Below are positions 20,751 through 30,039 of a DNA stretch of 64,000 nucleotides, piece after piece. A program made the translations under genes and the position numbers. The DNA comes from Bryobacterales bacterium (GTDB lineage: Bacteria > Acidobacteriota > Terriglobia > Bryobacterales > UBA6623): positions 208,626 to 272,625 of the forward strand of contig CBDCFO010000006.1 of assembly GCA_965216215.1 (NCBI GenBank), given 5' to 3'. The notes below the pieces were generated by a model. The model ran no database searches, was not told where the DNA came from, and worked only from the letters and a program-made list of their open reading frames with translations. Numbering within the stretch: position 1 is the first letter of the stretch; every line of letters starts with the position of its first letter.

Positions 20751-21545
20751 TCATGCTTCGCCGGAGAGATCTACGATCACAGGAGCCGCTTGAGCCCACA
20801 AGCAGCCTTGTAGCTCCTTAGTCTCTTTTCGATACTCCAGGTCAACCCAAGCTTCGTGGATCTGACTGGCAACGGCTTGCGTGCCAAGGATGCGGTGAAG
20901 CCTCGCAGAAACTGGTTTGTGAATATTGAACTCGTAGTTGCGGCCCGTTCGACTGTCCGGGTGACGGAGGCGGTATAGGTCAACGAATCCCAGGTCAAGC
21001 AGAGAGATCAACTCATCCCTTTCTGCTTCGGTACAGTTCACGGTTCTCGGTTGGGGAGGCCTGTCCGAAACGATGTTGAAGTCACCGGCCAACGCGCATG
21101 GTCCTGATCGCGCAGATCGCTCCTCGAGATGTTCGCGCAAACGCTTCATCCACGCGATCTTGCGTTGGATAGCTCCATCGACTCCGTGCTTGCTGGGATA
21201 CCCATACGGTGCATAGACCGACGAGAACTCCAGATCTTCCACGCCCACGGTCAGGAACCGCGCGCCGCGATCCTCTTGTCCGGGCAAGCCGGTCTGCAAG
21301 ATCCGCGGCTTCGGAAGCGTCTTGCGACTCAACACGGCAACTCCCCATCCATTCCGGAAATCCCCGTCCCGGGTGTCGAAGACGGATTCATAGCCGGCTT
21401 GCTGCAGTGCTTCCCGAGGGAAGTGATCACTCCTTGCAAGCGTCTTCTGGAGAGCGACGACATCGGGCTTCCGCCTACCTAGCCAATCGCAGAGGTATTT
21501 CAAGCGAGAATTGATGCCACCGACACACCAAGTCGCAATCCGCAT
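20751..21545 (-). CDS. xth: Exodeoxyribonuclease III (EEP-family AP endonuclease)
   Basis: The start MRIATWCVGGINSRL is typical of Xth (MKI.SWNVNG). The motifs VVALQKT, GWGVAVLSR, FSSVYAPYG and LAGDFNIV are present. The conserved C-terminal SDH motif is not evident. Confidence 0.8.
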   Translation of the reverse strand: MRIATWCVGGINSRLKYLCDWLGRRKPDVVALQKTLARSDHFPREALQQAGYESVFDTRDGDFRNGWGVAVLSRKTLPKPRILQTGLPGQEDRGARFLTVGVEDLEFSSVYAPYGYPSKHGVDGAIQRKIAWMKRLREHLEERSARSGPCALAGDFNIVSDRPPQPRTVNCTEAERDELISLLDLGFVDLYRLRHPDSRTGRNYEFNIHKPVSARLHRILGTQAVASQIHEAWVDLEYRKETKELQGCLWAQAAPVIVDLSGEA

Positions 21546-22581
21546 ACCCGCGATCATACATTGGCGAGTGGGGCATCAGGCACGCCCCCAGCACGCGCGA
21601 GCCGCGGCGTGCGGCCGGCCTCTGGTAGCCCTAGAAGCGGGAGTTGTTTTTTCGACTGGGAACAGGCGTGTGCGGCGCTGCAGGGGCGGCGAGCCGATCC
21701 AGCGCTCGCGCGCGGCACGATCGTGCCAGCCAGCGCCCGTCGAGCTCGGCGACACGCTGCAGGGCTGCGGCATGCCAGCCGACAGCAGCCGGTGGCCGCA
21801 GAACTTGCGGAATCCCAAATGGTGATGTTACGGGATCCTCTGCGCGCGCCACGACGAAGCAAGGGTTGCGCTGCGGATGCGAGAGAATCCCGAGCCCGGG
21901 GACGGTAGGGCGCGCAGGAAGTGGTTCCCAAGAAGCGTTTCGGGTTCGGTTGTGTTGCCAGCCATCGCCTGGATAACTGGAATTCTCAATCCGCCCGTTC
22001 CTTCGCCCGCGCGAGTGAGACCGCCCTTCGAGAATCTCTGCCGGGGCAAACCGCAATGCTCCGACCATCGTCATTCAACCTGCTTGCGGTGGCCCACCCG
22101 CGCCGTGCCCACGACCGCCGGCTTGCCCGTGGCAGCAACATTCTCGGGCCGAAGGACTCCCCCCCACGGAAAACCATGCGATCGTTCACGACGGCCAGCG
22201 CGCCGAATAGCTTGCGCTCATAGGGAGGAAACGCCCGCAGTCATGCTGGGACGGGTCACGGCCCAGGGGAAAACGTGGACAGACTCCCGACCAACATCCA
22301 GCCTTCCGATGCCCGCCTGCGACCTCGCAGACGGTTCTGCCTCCTGCGGCGTGCGAGCGTCCCGTACGCAAGCCGCTTCGAGCCAGCGTGGTGCGCAGAC
22401 CCGCTTCCGTCAGCCGTGCGATACGTTCCCGAAGTGCGACGTTCTCCTTGCGGCGTCTTTCAAGCCCATGTAATGCCCAAATAGTGCAAATCAACACAAA
22501 ACAATCACAATTCAGTCCGCGTTATCACACAAAGCACACTATGAATTGTGTATCTTGGCAGGAAGGAAGGAAACAAAAAGG

Positions 22582-23866
22582 ATGTGTGCATATTGGGAAT
22601 CGCTGCATCCATGTAACCGGGTGTTGCGCGCGGCGAGCGTTTGGCTATGCTTGTTGTTCGCGAGCGGGGTACCGCCAGCGATCGCCCAAGATGCCGATGT
22701 CTGCGGCCGCACGCAGCAAGTTCGCACCACCATCCTAACGGGCGCGGGCGAGTCGGCATGCGCGGATGTTACCGCACTCCAATTGCGCGACATTACCTCG
22801 CTGGATTTGAGCGGGCAGAGCATCGCGAGCCTCGCCGCGGGCGATTTCGACGGACTGCATACGCTGGAAACCCTCGATTTGTCGGGGAACACGCTGGCGT
22901 CCCTGCCAGCTGGTTTGTTCGACGAACTCTATATGCTCAGGACGCTGCACCTGAAGGACAACCGGCTGACGACCCTGCCTACCGGACGTGACATACCGGC
23001 TTCCACGCGGTTCCAGCAGCGTGGCGGCGCGGATCCAGATCGGTGAGGACCGGGACGTTGAGGACGACCTTACGGTGACGTGGACGCTGCAGGAGGGCGA
23101 GGGCTACACCGTGTCCGCGGAGCAGGCCTCGGCATCGGTGGTGCTGGAGGAGAGCGAGGTCCCCGAGTTCTCGGTGTCGGTCAGTCCGACCGCGATTGCG
23201 GAGGGCGAGTCGGCGACGGTCACGGTGGCAATCACCAACGGGATCAGATTCCGGGAGGACCAGACGATCAACCTGACCGTGTCGGGCACGGCATCCGGAT
23301 CGGACTACTCGGGCGTGCCCGTGACGCCAACGCTGGCCGCAGAGACGTACTCGGCGACAACGACACTGACCGCCGCTGTGGCGGACCAAGAGCAGGAAGA
23401 AGCCGAGACCGTGACGATCACGGCCTCCCACGGGGGTACGCAGATCGGCTCGGCGACGGTCACGATCGCGGCGAGCGCCGCGGCGCCGCCGCTGACGGCG
23501 GAGTTCGTGGGGCTGCCGGCGACGCATGACGGGGAGACGGCGTTCGCGTTCGATCTGCGCTTCAGCGAGGAGATCGAGATCATGAACCGCATCGAAGACC
23601 TGTGGCCGCTTGCGGGTCTGGAGGCGCTGGACCTGCGGGGCAACCCGGCGGGCAGCCTGCGCCCGCTGCGCGGGCTGGGGTCGCTGGCCTGGGTGCATGT
23701 CGGAGGGAGCGGGATCGGAGATCTCGGGCCGCTGGAGGGGCTGTCGGGGCTGACCGTCCCGAGCCGACAGGCCAGCGCTGAGTTGGCTCCGGCCTGGCAA
23801 CGGCGGCGGCGGAAGCGAGCTCGTCCAGGGGGTCGTGAAAGGAAGCATGGAAGGCGCGCTACTTGA
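22582..23866 (+). pseudogene. Secreted leucine-rich-repeat / Calx-beta domain protein, frameshifted (ORFs 22546..23046 and 22988..23866)
   Basis: The ATG at 22582 follows an AT-rich promoter region. The signal peptide is VLRAASVWLCLLFASGVPPAIAQ. LRR units read LDLSGQSIASLAAGDFDGLHTLETLDLSGNTLASLPAGLFDELYMLRTLHLKDNRLTTLP. After a frame switch near 22990 come Calx-beta-like units (VSPTAIAEGESATVTVAITNG...LTVSGTASGSDYSG) and further LRRs (LEALDLRGNPAGSLRPLRGL). Confidence 0.6.
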
Positions 23867-23872
23867 GTTCCC

Positions 23873-24607
23873 ATGACACGGCCCAATCGAAGCAAGGGAG
23901 TTGATAGTCTTCCGAGGGCCCTGCGGGTCCTCTTGGCTGACAACGAGATCAACTCGCGCAATGCATTGGAGACAAATCTCCGCATCGCGGGCTTTGAAGT
24001 CGCCGCCGTTGACGATGGCGAAGAGGCCCTGCGCCTGGCCTTGCACGTTGAACTCGACATCATCGTCTTGCGCCTGGCCCTCCCCATCAAGAACGGATTG
24101 ATGGTTTGCGAGGAACTGCGCGCCAGCCAGGTGTACACCCCTGTCGTGATGCTGTCCGCCAGGGATGAAGTGGAGGACAGGCTGAAGGCGTTTGCGGCAG
24201 GCACCGACGACTACCTGACCAAGCCGTTCGAGGTCATGGAACTGATCGCTCGAATCAGGGCGGTCATGAGGCGCACCCTCGCGCCGCCAGGTTCGGTTTT
24301 TACGCAAATCTATGAGTTTGGCGACCTGCGTGTGGACACAACCAATGCTGCCGTTTGGCGCGGAGACGAACGCGTGCGACTGTCGATGATGGAATACGCG
24401 CTCTTGCAGTTTCTCGTCAGGCACCCCGGCGAGGTCATTCCCCGGCAACGCATTCTCGCAGAGGTTTGGAATTCGGGCCCTGAAGTCGGACCTCGGGCAG
24501 TCGATATGCATGTCACCTGGCTGCGCAAGAAGATCGGGGATCCCCCGCGAACGCCCCGTTGGATCCGCACCGTCCACGGTGAAGGCTATTTGTTCGCGTC
24601 CGAGTAG
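23873..24607 (+). CDS. OmpR/PhoB-family response regulator with atypical receiver (phospho-acceptor Asp replaced by Arg)
   Basis: The REC domain reads RVLLADNE...LDIIVLRLALP...PVVMLSA...DDYLTKPF. The winged-helix domain reads LSMMEYALLQFLVRHPGEVIPRQRILAEVW...VDMHVTWLRKKI...IRTVHGEGYLF. The position of the canonical DLxxLDxxLP Asp reads R. Confidence 0.85.
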   Translation: MTRPNRSKGVDSLPRALRVLLADNEINSRNALETNLRIAGFEVAAVDDGEEALRLALHVELDIIVLRLALPIKNGLMVCEELRASQVYTPVVMLSARDEVEDRLKAFAAGTDDYLTKPFEVMELIARIRAVMRRTLAPPGSVFTQIYEFGDLRVDTTNAAVWRGDERVRLSMMEYALLQFLVRHPGEVIPRQRILAEVWNSGPEVGPRAVDMHVTWLRKKIGDPPRTPRWIRTVHGEGYLFASE

Positions 24608-24782
24608 CACGTGTGCCCAGGTGGCGGTCCGACGCCATAACGTTGAGTCCCAGCCAGCGAGTCAAGCTGGCCACGCGGCTCCGCTCCGCCGGCCTGCCGG
24701 CTTGACCAATGGACTGTCGGCGAACTAACATTCCGACCGGACCAATCAGTGGGGGCGGGTCAGTCTCAGCGATTGGCCAAGA

Positions 24783-25000
24783 TCAGATCGACTCCCATTG
24801 CTTGCGTGAGATGCCTGCCTCACGCAGGATCCGAACCAGTAGCCCACGGCTGATTTCGCCGCGGTGTGGATTCGGCAGTCTGACGGTTCGCTCGGCTCGG
24901 CGCATGAACTGGTGACGCTTGCCGGAGAACGGGCCGTGATATCCCAACGACCGCAAGAGGCCAGAAGATCGCGCCGCTTGATCGGGCCGACCGGTGGCAT
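24783..25000 (-). pseudogene. hicA: HicA-family mRNA interferase toxin, frameshifted
   Basis: The ATG at 25000 overlaps the hicB stop (TGATG). MPPVGPIKRRDLLAS is followed, after a 1-nt frame change near 24955, by LRSLGYHGPFSGKRHQFMRRAERTVRLPNPHRGEISRGLLVRILREAGISREQWESI, with a stop at 24783. Confidence 0.65.
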
Positions 25001-25218
25001 CAAGCCACTTCTTGTCGCACCGTCAAGTCAATGCCGTCGATCTCGGGGATGGACAGCCGCTCCGAAAGTCTAAGCAACAGCCACTCTTCCAAGACCTGCT
25101 CGAGTTCCGTGCGGCAATCCCCCAGTTTCTCCGCGTTCGCCCAGACTCCCTCAAGGGCTGGGATCCGACCGTAGAACGAGCCGTCGTCCTCAATGACTTC
25201 GAATACTGCTCTACCCAT
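25000..25218 (-). CDS. hicB: HicB-family antitoxin (short UPF0150 type)
   Basis: The 72-aa product is MGRAVFEVIEDDGSFYGRIPALEGVWANAEKLGDCRTELEQVLEEWLLLRL, starting at the ATG at 25218. The longer 222-aa ORF extension is Pro/Arg-rich out-of-frame material. Confidence 0.75.
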   Translation of the reverse strand: MGRAVFEVIEDDGSFYGRIPALEGVWANAEKLGDCRTELEQVLEEWLLLRLSERLSIPEIDGIDLTVRQEVA

Positions 25219-25343
25219 GGCCGCACATAAGTATTCACTGAGCACCTTCTTATGGTATCCCCCAGCGGACCACAGGCCCCTGCGGGGAGGATTGGCGAGT
25301 TGCCGCGAAGGGTCGAGCGGGCCCCTGTGGAGTGTCTGGCGCC

Positions 25344-25640
25344 TCACAGGTCCCCGAGTGTCGACGTCATATCCGGGTCGAGCCGCATTGCCTGGTCGAG
25401 GTCGGCAATGGCTTCGTCGTGCCGGCCCAGTTCCGCCTTCACCAGGCTGCGGTTCAAGTAGGCCCGGCATTGCGCGGGTCCAGGCGAATCGCCCGGTCGC
25501 AGTCGGCGGTCGCCCCTTCGTACTGCCCCTGCCTGACCTTGAGATCGCCTCGTTCCAGCCAAGCGTGGGGGTGGTCCGGGTCGAGGCGGATCGCCTCGGT
25601 GCGTTCGGCGAGCGCTTCCCGGTGCTCCGGGGAATCGGCA
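25344..25640 (-). pseudogene. TPR-repeat gene fragment with frameshift
   Basis: TPR units are split over two frames: EALAERTEAIRLDPDHPHAWLERGDLKVRQGQYEGATADCDRAIRLDPRNA, then AYLNRSLVKAELGRHDEAIADLDQAMRLDPD. Confidence 0.55.
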
Positions 25641-25985
25641 ACGGCGGCGGCAGGGTCGTGGCGGTCACCGGGTTGCGGCCCGGCAGCCACGAGTAGCGGA
25701 TTCATTGGGGCGCGTGGCCGGTGTGCATCGCCGAGGTCAGTGTTGATGCGGGGCCTCGACCGCATGGTCACGATGCCAGGAGCGAATTGCGGGCAGACGG
25801 TCGACGGGCACCGGGAGGTCCAGGGACTCGCAGCTGGGCTCGGCGAGTATGGGCAATCAGTTCCCACGGTTTCGCGAGGAATGCGGGCCGGGCAGCTGCC
25901 TGACTCATTGCTCCGTTAGACGCCGGTAGGCTGTTGTGCCCTTCAACTTGTCGTTCCCGTCAGCCAAGTCTCGCGCCAGCCTGCC

Positions 25986-27730
25986 CTAGTTGTCGCGTAC
26001 AGCAGGATCGACGCCCGCATCCAGGAGAGCCTCAATGCTTTCCGGCGAAATCCCCCATTCCGCCCTGTCATGCAGCGGCGTCTTCCCCTGCGCATCTCGA
26101 ACGTCGACCGACGCTCCCGCGTCGATCAGCGCGGAAATCAAGGTCGGATCCGTCGCGTAGAAGATCGGAGTCCTGCCGCGTCTGTCCCTTGCGTCGGGAT
26201 CGGCGCCCGCAGCCAGGAGCTTTCGCATGACATCGGGCTCTCCGCAGCAACTCGTTGCGAGATGCAAGGGAGTCTGGCCCTGCGTATCGCGAACGTCGAT
26301 TGAAGCTCCGTTCTCGATCAGCGCGACGACCGACTCCAACCGCTGGCGCCTGGTCGCCACGGCAAGGGGAGTTCGGCCAGCGGTGTCCTTGGCCTCTGAA
26401 TCCGCTCCGGATTGCAGGAGCGCGGTGATATGGCTCGAGGTGCCGCCTGTGGCAGCAACGTGGAGCGGAGTCTCGCCCGACTCGTTCCGGGCGTCAATGG
26501 ATGCACCTGCACTGAGCAGCGCCGATATGTTGGCGGGCAATTCCCCTCGTGCTGCCAGGTGCAAGGGGGACTGGCCCTTCGCATCGACCGATTCGACCGG
26601 CATCCCTGTGTCAAGCAACGCAGCAATGATCGCTGGCGTGCCACGAAGTGCGGCCCAATGAAGGGGGTCCAGCCAGTCTCGTCCCGCACCTCGACATCCG
26701 CCCCTGCCTCCACATGGTCCCGGCCAGCGCGCGCGCTTCACGCAGAGCGCCCTCTCCCGCGTCTTCGAGTCCAAGCACTTCCAGGCCCGCGTTGGTTGAC
26801 GTCGCACTCATCGCTGCCTCGTGCAACGCAGTCCGGCCGGCGCCATCCCGGGCTTCAAGGTCCGCCCCGGCGTCAAGCAACGCGGCGATGTTTCCAGAGA
26901 CCCTCAGGCGGTGCCACTCGGCTACCGGGGTATTGCCTGCGAACAGGGGTGAGAACATCAGAGCCGCGGCATTCAGCTCACCCACCGCCGCGTGCAGGGT
27001 CGTCTGCCCCGCGGAGTCCCGCGCCTTCACGTCGGCGCCTGCATCGAGGAGGGCGGCAATTTGGTCCGGTCCGCCGTTCCTGGATGCCAGGTGCAAGGCG
27101 CCCTTCGTGCTCGCGCCCTCCTCGACACACCGTCGGACGAGGGCTCCAGATGCGAATTGGAAGAAGTTGCCCTGGTTCCACTGCCCGCAATCCGCCAGGG
27201 TCATAGGGCTTGCGAGATCGGGGCCCGCCTCCTTGATCGCATCCCTCACAGCTCTGAAGACTTCGCTGGGATCAATGCTTTGTCGTCCGCCGATTCCGGT
27301 TCCGCGCCAGCCTCAAGCAGCGCCTCGATGATCTCGGGTCGCTCCGCTTGCCTGGCAACCGATAGCGGAGTCCAGCCAAGGCTCTCAACACGGGCGTTGA
27401 CATCGGCACCTGCTTCGCAAGCGCCGCAACGGCCTCCAGGCTGCGAGTTTCCGCGATGGCGTGGAGAGGAGTGAACCCAACCCGGTCGCGGGCTTTCGGA
27501 TCCGCGCCGCCCTCAAGCAGCGCCCGGACCTTTTCGAACTCCTCCTTATGACGCACATGATACAGCGGAGTCTGTTCGTTCTTGTCCCGGGCGTCAGGGT
27601 CGGCGCCAGCATCGATCAGGGCGACGATCACTTCGGCTAACCCCCATTTCGCGGCCCGGTGCAAGGGGGTCGCCCGTTCGGCGTCCTTCGCATTCGGGTC
27701 GGCACCGGCCCGAGCAAGAGCCGCAACCAT
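25986..27730 (-). pseudogene. Large ankyrin-repeat protein, 5'-truncated and split into three frames
   Basis: ORFs 27272..27790, 26611..27249 and 25986..26807 each carry canonical units (G.TPLH.AA..G....ALL.AGAD..ARD). Roughly 15 repeats are present in total. The 5' end abuts the IS110 fragment at about 27731. Confidence 0.75.
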
Positions 27731-28137
27731 CCTGTTCGGCCTCGCCCCCTTCGACCGCGACTCCGGACAGCACCGCGGCCACCGCTCCATCCGCGGCGGC
27801 CGCGCCCAGCCTCGCCATCTGCTCTACATGGCAGCCCTGACCGCGATCCGCTGGGAACCGGCCTCCCAGGTCTGCTACCAGCGCCTCGCCGCCGCCGGCA
27901 AGCCGCACAAGGTCGCCCTCGTTGCCGTCATGCGCAGACTCACCGGCCTGCTCGACACCCTCCTGCGCGAGAACCGCCTCTGGCAGCCCGCGCCGCCCGC
28001 CCGCGAACTGGAGGCCGCCGCGTGACACCGCTGCCGACCAGCCCCAGACCAACAGCCGGCTCTGTTGGGAAAACACGCATCAATTGCCCCTCGTCACCAC
28101 TTTTCCCCTAGAATCCGCTTGCCAAGAAACACGGAAG
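27731..28137 (+). mobile_element. IS110-family fragment (last ~98 codons plus right end)
   Basis: LFGLAPFDRDSGQHRGHRSIRGGRAQPRHLLYMAALTAIRWEPASQVCYQRLAAAGKPHKVALVAVMRRL...ELEAAA is highly similar to copy 2. The right end TTGCCAAGAAACACGGAAG matches the copy-2 right end. It is followed by CT (28138-39). Confidence 0.75.
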
Positions 28138-28165
28138 CTCAAGCTGCCGAACATGCTCGGCACAC
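28138..28165 (-). mobile_element. 28-nt 5' stub of a third group II intron copy, cut by the IS110 fragment
   Basis: The minus-strand sequence GTGTGCCGAGCATGTTCGGCAGCTTGAG is identical to the first 28 nt of intron B (31911 downward). Confidence 0.55.
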
Positions 28166-30037
28166 ATCGGGATAGGGGGAAGCCTCACGGCTCCACCCCT
28201 CCCACACCACCGTACATACGGGTCCGTATACGGCGGTTCGAACGGTGATGCTACTTCCGAACATGGAGGCTCGGCAGTCCCAGCGCGGTGAAATAGGCGT
28301 TCGGTAGGGCCAGAGCGAGTGCGGGACTGTTCGCCAAGCGCCAAGGTCCGTGCGCGCTGCCAGCCGCTTTGGCGGCCAGTTGCACGTTCACGCCCCGTCG
28401 GCGTAGCTCAGCATACCTCCGTCTCCCTCGTTTCCATTGCTTCCAAATCGCCGACCGCAGCCGCCTCCGGGTCCATTTTTCCAAGCGTGCCAGCACTGAA
28501 GGCGTCTCACACTTCCCGAAATAGCCGAGCCATCCCCGCCAATAGCGGGCTAGGTCCTCGACCATCCGTTCGTGGCTCACGCCCCGAGTCCGTCGCGTCA
28601 GCTCGCGCACCCGCCGCCGAAACCGCTGCACCGCTTGCGGTGCAATCCGCCGCTTCGGCTGGCCGTGTGCCGTGAAGCTGAAGCCGAGGAACTTCCGCTC
28701 CCATGGCCGCGCCACCGCGCTCTTGCTCTGGTTCACCCGCAAGCGGAGCGTCCCGGTGATGAAACGTGTCACGCTTTCCATCACGCGTTCCCCGGCGCGG
28801 CGACTGCTGACGTAGATATTGCAGTCATCCGCATACCGTGCGAACCGCAGCCCGCGTCGCTCCAACTCCCGGTCCAGTTCATCGAGCACGATGTTCGACA
28901 GCAAAGGGGAGAGCGGACCCCCTTGCGGGGTCCCCTCGTCCACCGTGCTCACCAGCCCGTCCTCCATCACACCGGCCGTCAGGAATGCCCGGATCAGCTT
29001 CAGCATCCGCTTGTCACCGATCCGTCGGGCCATCCGGGCCATCAAACGGTCGTGGTTCACTCGATCGAAGAATTTCTCCAAATCAAGATCTACCACCCAT
29101 CGCCGGCCCGCAGCCATCTGCTGCTGCGCCGCCTTGACCGCCTGATACGCCGAACGCCTCGGGCGAAACCCGTAGCTGTGTTCGGAAAACGTCCGGTCCC
29201 AGTGCTCCTGCAGGACCTGGGCCACCAACTGCTGGACGAATCGATCCAGCACCGTCGGTATGCCCAGCTTGCGCCTGCCCCCGCCCGGCTTCGGGATGTA
29301 CACCCGTCTCACCGGCTGCGGTCGGTAGGTCCCGCTCAGCAGCTGTTCCCGGATGGCCGGCCAGTGCTCGCGCAGGTGCCCGGGCAGATCGTCGACGGTC
29401 ATCCCGTCCACCCCCGGACTCCCCCGGTTTCCCCGGACTCGTGCCAGTGCCCGCTTGCAGTTGTCCCGCTCGCAGGCTCGCTCCATCCACTGTTCGTCTC
29501 TAGCCGGGCTTTCGTCCCGACGCCTCGCCGCGCTCGGTTCGGTCCCTTCCCCGGCCACTTCCGGGCCTTCACCCCTTCCATCGACCGGGAAGGCCAGCAC
29601 TAGCTGGATGTTCTGCCGCTTTCCGCTCACGAGAAACGCCGTCCTACTTGCCTCTCCGTTCGTTCAGGCCTTCGTCCTTGCCGGGACTACTATGCCGTCT
29701 GCTGACTTCTGCCGCCCGATCAGGTCGGATTGCTCCTTCCTCAGTCCAGAGTTCCGGACGGACGACAGATCTCCCGAGGTAAGCTCGTTCGCCTTCAGCG
29801 CACAACCGCCGGATTTACAACCAGCGCCCTTGATGGATCTGGACTTCGTCGTCAGTAGCCGACTCGTCCGACGCCGTATGCCTCGTATCCGGTTCTTGTC
29901 CATCGGCTCGCGCTTTTGTTCCACGCTTCCTTCAGACCCCGCCTCGCGACGACGCCCTTGCGCTTCACTAGGACTTCACCTCCATCAGGCTGTCCAAGGG
30001 ACTTTCACCCTCAAGCTAACGGGCATGCTCGGCACAC
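28166..30037 (-). mobile_element. Group II intron, copy A (1872 nt)
   Basis: The 5' end is GTGTGCCGAGCATGCCCGTTAGCTTGAGGGTGAAAGTCCC (30037 downward). The 3' end carries domain V/VI-like ...GAACCGCCGTATACGGACCCGTATGTACGGTGGTGTGGGAGGGGTGGAGCCGTGAGGCTTCCCCCTATCCCGAT (ending at 28166). An intact RT/maturase ORF lies inside. Confidence 0.8.
28251..29630 (-). CDS. Group II intron reverse transcriptase/maturase (no endonuclease domain evident)
   Basis: 459 aa with RT motifs (RRVYIPKPGGGRRKLGIPTVLDR, FSEHSYGFRPRRSAYQA, VVDLDLEKFFDRVNHD, GTPQGGPLSPLLSNIVL, RYADDCNIYV) and the maturase X domain (RYWRGWLGYFGKC). Confidence 0.9.
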   Translation of the reverse strand: MSGKRQNIQLVLAFPVDGRGEGPEVAGEGTEPSAARRRDESPARDEQWMERACERDNCKRALARVRGNRGSPGVDGMTVDDLPGHLREHWPAIREQLLSGTYRPQPVRRVYIPKPGGGRRKLGIPTVLDRFVQQLVAQVLQEHWDRTFSEHSYGFRPRRSAYQAVKAAQQQMAAGRRWVVDLDLEKFFDRVNHDRLMARMARRIGDKRMLKLIRAFLTAGVMEDGLVSTVDEGTPQGGPLSPLLSNIVLDELDRELERRGLRFARYADDCNIYVSSRRAGERVMESVTRFITGTLRLRVNQSKSAVARPWERKFLGFSFTAHGQPKRRIAPQAVQRFRRRVRELTRRTRGVSHERMVEDLARYWRGWLGYFGKCETPSVLARLEKWTRRRLRSAIWKQWKRGRRRYAELRRRGVNVQLAAKAAGSAHGPWRLANSPALALALPNAYFTALGLPSLHVRK

Positions 30038-30039
30038 CA

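Noticed and set aside
21554-22100. A possible decayed G/U-mismatch DNA glycosylase (Mug-like) upstream of xth. The evidence is the fragments PGLGIL.., SLASAAQ.., RN.T.W spread over several minus-strand frames.
   Set aside because: The matches are 3-6 residues long and scattered over three frames of Arg/Ala-rich translation. I cannot distinguish this from chance without a profile search.
22186-22497. An IS3 OrfA-like coiled coil (GLERRRKENVALRERIARLTEAG) suggesting an IS3 remnant.
   Set aside because: There is no HTH upstream, no -1 frameshift motif and no recognisable OrfB DDE region downstream. A single short heptad-like stretch is insufficient.
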